Assembly (NCBI GenBank): GCA_043228905.1
Contig: JBHGNT010000025.1
Span: 372,001 to 436,000 of the forward strand
Length of the DNA: 64,000 nucleotides
Direction of reading: 5' to 3'
Origin: Azolla caroliniana
Lineage: Eukaryota > Plantae > Polypodiophyta
Under the pieces are notes generated by a model. It did not search any database. It was not told where the DNA came from and was given only the letters and a program-made list of their open reading frames with translations. A program made the translations under genes and the position numbers. Positions 61,975-64,000 of the stretch are shown here, piece by piece. Numbering within the stretch: the first letter of the stretch is position 1; each line of letters begins with the position of its first letter.

Positions 61975-64000
61975 ATATGGTATTAAAAAATCAAGATTTT
62001 GAAAATCAAGTCGAGAGACATAACGAAATTACCTAATTTGAGGAGTGAGTTGAGAAGACCTAGTAGGTAAATTAAAATGTTCATACCTGGCTCGTGTGAT
62101 ATCGGATTTTTGTGTTCAAACATGCGAATCGAAGCTAACAACGCTAGTTATTCTATGGAACTAAAAAATCAAGATTTTGAAACTCAGGTCGAGAAATATG
62201 AAGAAATTAGCAATCTTGAGGAGGGAGTTGAGAGGAGCCCTTGAGTACATTAAAATGTTCATACCTGGCTCGTGTGATATCGGATTTTTGTGTTCAAACA
62301 TGCGAATCGAAGCTAACAATGCTAGCTATGACATGGTATTAAAAAATCAAGATTTTGAAACTCAAGTCGAGAGACATGACGAAATTACCTAATTTGAGGA
62401 GGGAGTTGAGACGACCTAGTAGGTAAATTAAAATGTTCATACCTGGCTCGTGTGATATCGGATTTTTGTGTTCAAACATGCGAATCAAAGCTAACAACGC
62501 TAGCTATGATATGGAACTAAAAAATCAAGATTTTGAAAGTCAGGTCGAGAGATATGAAGAAATTAGCAATGTTGAGGAGGGAGTTGAGAGGAACCCTTGA
62601 GTACATTAAAATGTTCATACTTGGCGCGTGTGATATCTGATTTTTGTGTTCAAACATGCGAATCGAAGCTAACAACGCTAGCTATTATATGGAACTAAAA
62701 AGTCAAGATTTTGAAACTCAGGTCGAGAGATATGAAGAAATTAGCAATCTTGAGGAGGGAGTTGAGAGGAGCCCTTGAGTACATTAAAATGTTCATACCT
62801 GGCGCGTGTGATATCGGATTTTTGTGTTCAAACATGCGAATCGAAGCTAACATTGCTAGCTATGACATGGTATTAAAAAATCAAGATTTTGAAACTCAAG
62901 TCGAGAGATATGAAGAAATTAGCAATCTTGAGGAGGGAGTTGAGAGGAGCCCTTGAGTACATTAAAATGTTCATACCTGGCGCGTGTGATATCGGATTTT
63001 TGTGTTCAGACATGCGAATCGAAGCTAACAACGCTAGCTATTCTATGGAACTAAAAAATCAAGATTTTGAAATTGAGGTCGAGAGACATGAAGAAATTAG
63101 CAATCTTGAGGAGGGAGTTGAGAGGAGCCCTTGAGTATATTAAAATGTTTATACCTGGCTCGTGTGATATCGGATTTTTGTGTTCAAACATGCGAATCGA
63201 AGCTAACAACGCTAGCTATGACATGGTATTAAAAAATCAAGATTTTGACACACAGGTCGAGAGACATGACGAAATTAGCAATCTTGAGGAGGGAGTTGAG
63301 AGGAGCCCTTGAGTAAATTAAAATGTTCATACCTGGCGCGTGTGATATCGGATGTTTGTGTTCAAACATGCGAATCGAAGCTAACAACGCTAGCTATGAC
63401 ATGGTATTAAAAAATCAAGATTTTGAAAATCAAGTCGAGAGACATAACGAAATTACCTAATTTGAGGAGTGAGTTGAGAAGACCTAGTAGGTAAATTAAA
63501 ATGTTCATACCTGGCTCGTGTGATATCGGATTTTTGTGTTCAAACATGCGAATCGAAGCTAACAACGCTAGTTATTCTATGGAACTAAAAAATCAAGATT
63601 TTGAAACTCAGGTCGAGAAATATGAAGAAATTAGCAATCTTGAGGAGGGAGTTGAGAGGAGCCCTTGAGTACATTAAAATGTTCATACCTGGCTCGTGTG
63701 ATATCGGATTTTTGTGTTCAAACATGCGAATCGAAGCTAACAATGCTAGCTATGACATGGTATTAAAAAATCAAGATTTTGAAACTCAAGTCGAGAGACA
63801 TGACGAAATTACCTAATTTGAGGAGGGAGTTGAGACGACCTAGTAGGTAAATTAAAATGTTCATACCTGGCTCGTGTGATATCGGATTTTTGTGTTCAAA
63901 CATGCGAATCAAAGCTAACAACGCTAGCTATGATATGGAACTAAAAAATCAAGATTTTGAAAGTCAGGTCGAGAGATATGAAGAAATTAGCAATGTTGAG
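61975..64000. repeat. Second, different 1424-bp (8-monomer) periodicity: about 61975-62576 matches about 63399-64000 (truncated by the window end)
   Basis: gaaaatcaagtcgagagacataacg at 62001 and 63425. Also gagaagacctag, gctagttattct, tgaaagtcagg and caatgttgag repeat at +1424. ORF starts 62177/63601. Confidence 0.85.

Larger units (their letters stand above)
1..64000. repeat. 178-bp tandem satellite array (about 360 monomers), probably centromeric or pericentromeric; runs off both window ends
   Basis: The consensus ttgaaactcaggtcgagagatatgaagaaattagcaatcttgaggagggagttgagaggagcccttgagtacattaaaatgttcatacctggc(g/t)cgtgtgatatcggatttttgtgttcaaacatgcgaatcgaagctaacaa(c/t)gctagctattatatggaactaaaaaatcaagatt recurs every 178 bp (ORF starts 345, 523, 701, 879...). 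No non-satellite sequence and no inversion seen. The tandem array is seen directly; the centromeric role is inferred from monomer length and homogeneity. Confidence 0.98.

Noticed and set aside
345-63816. Hundreds of 60-88 aa ORFs (MKLRSRDMKKLAILRRELRGALEYIKMF...)
   Set aside because: They are translations of the satellite monomer. Most start at TTG, they overlap each other, and they shift frame every unit (178 mod 3 = 1). Variants freely create stops and frameshifts, and I recognise no protein domain.
1-64000. CRISPR array or other repeat-spacer system
   Set aside because: The entire 178 bp is repeated. There are no unique spacers, no leader and no cas genes.
1-64000. 5S rDNA, tRNA or snRNA tandem array; telomeric repeats; LTR or centromeric retrotransposon insertion
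   Set aside because: I saw no recognisable RNA gene sequence or Pol III boxes, no TTTAGGG or TTAGGG tracts, and no non-satellite interruption or target-site duplication.
1-64000. Identification as Arabidopsis thaliana CEN178/CEN180
   Set aside because: The length matches but the sequence does not match my recollection of that consensus. The species cannot be assigned without a database search.

Overview
The whole 64 kb window is one uninterrupted, head-to-tail, single-orientation satellite array. It holds about 360 copies of a 178-bp monomer (about 38% GC, G-rich on the + strand). This is most consistent with a eukaryotic (peri)centromeric satellite, probably from a plant, but I do not recognise the family. 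There are no credible genes: all listed ORFs are translations of the monomer. There are also no RNA genes, CRISPR arrays or transposon insertions. The information is in the variants: (1) nested, in-register block duplications of 2, 6, 8, 10, 15, 22, 25, 27 and 38 monomers; (2) three sub-domains with different diagnostic variants (about 1-35.4 kb, 35.4-60.6 kb and 60.6-64 kb); (3) a 168-bp monomer made by a deletion plus a locally templated 16-bp duplication, amplified to 14 copies; (4) a 15-bp length-neutral replacement that looks copied from the inverted strand and creates a hairpin; (5) several substitutions that perfect palindromes; (6) microhomology-flanked deletions of 77, 26 and 4 bp; (7) CpG transition polymorphism suggesting methylation. 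I found no new protein-coding or RNA system. Block boundaries were read by eye and are approximate.
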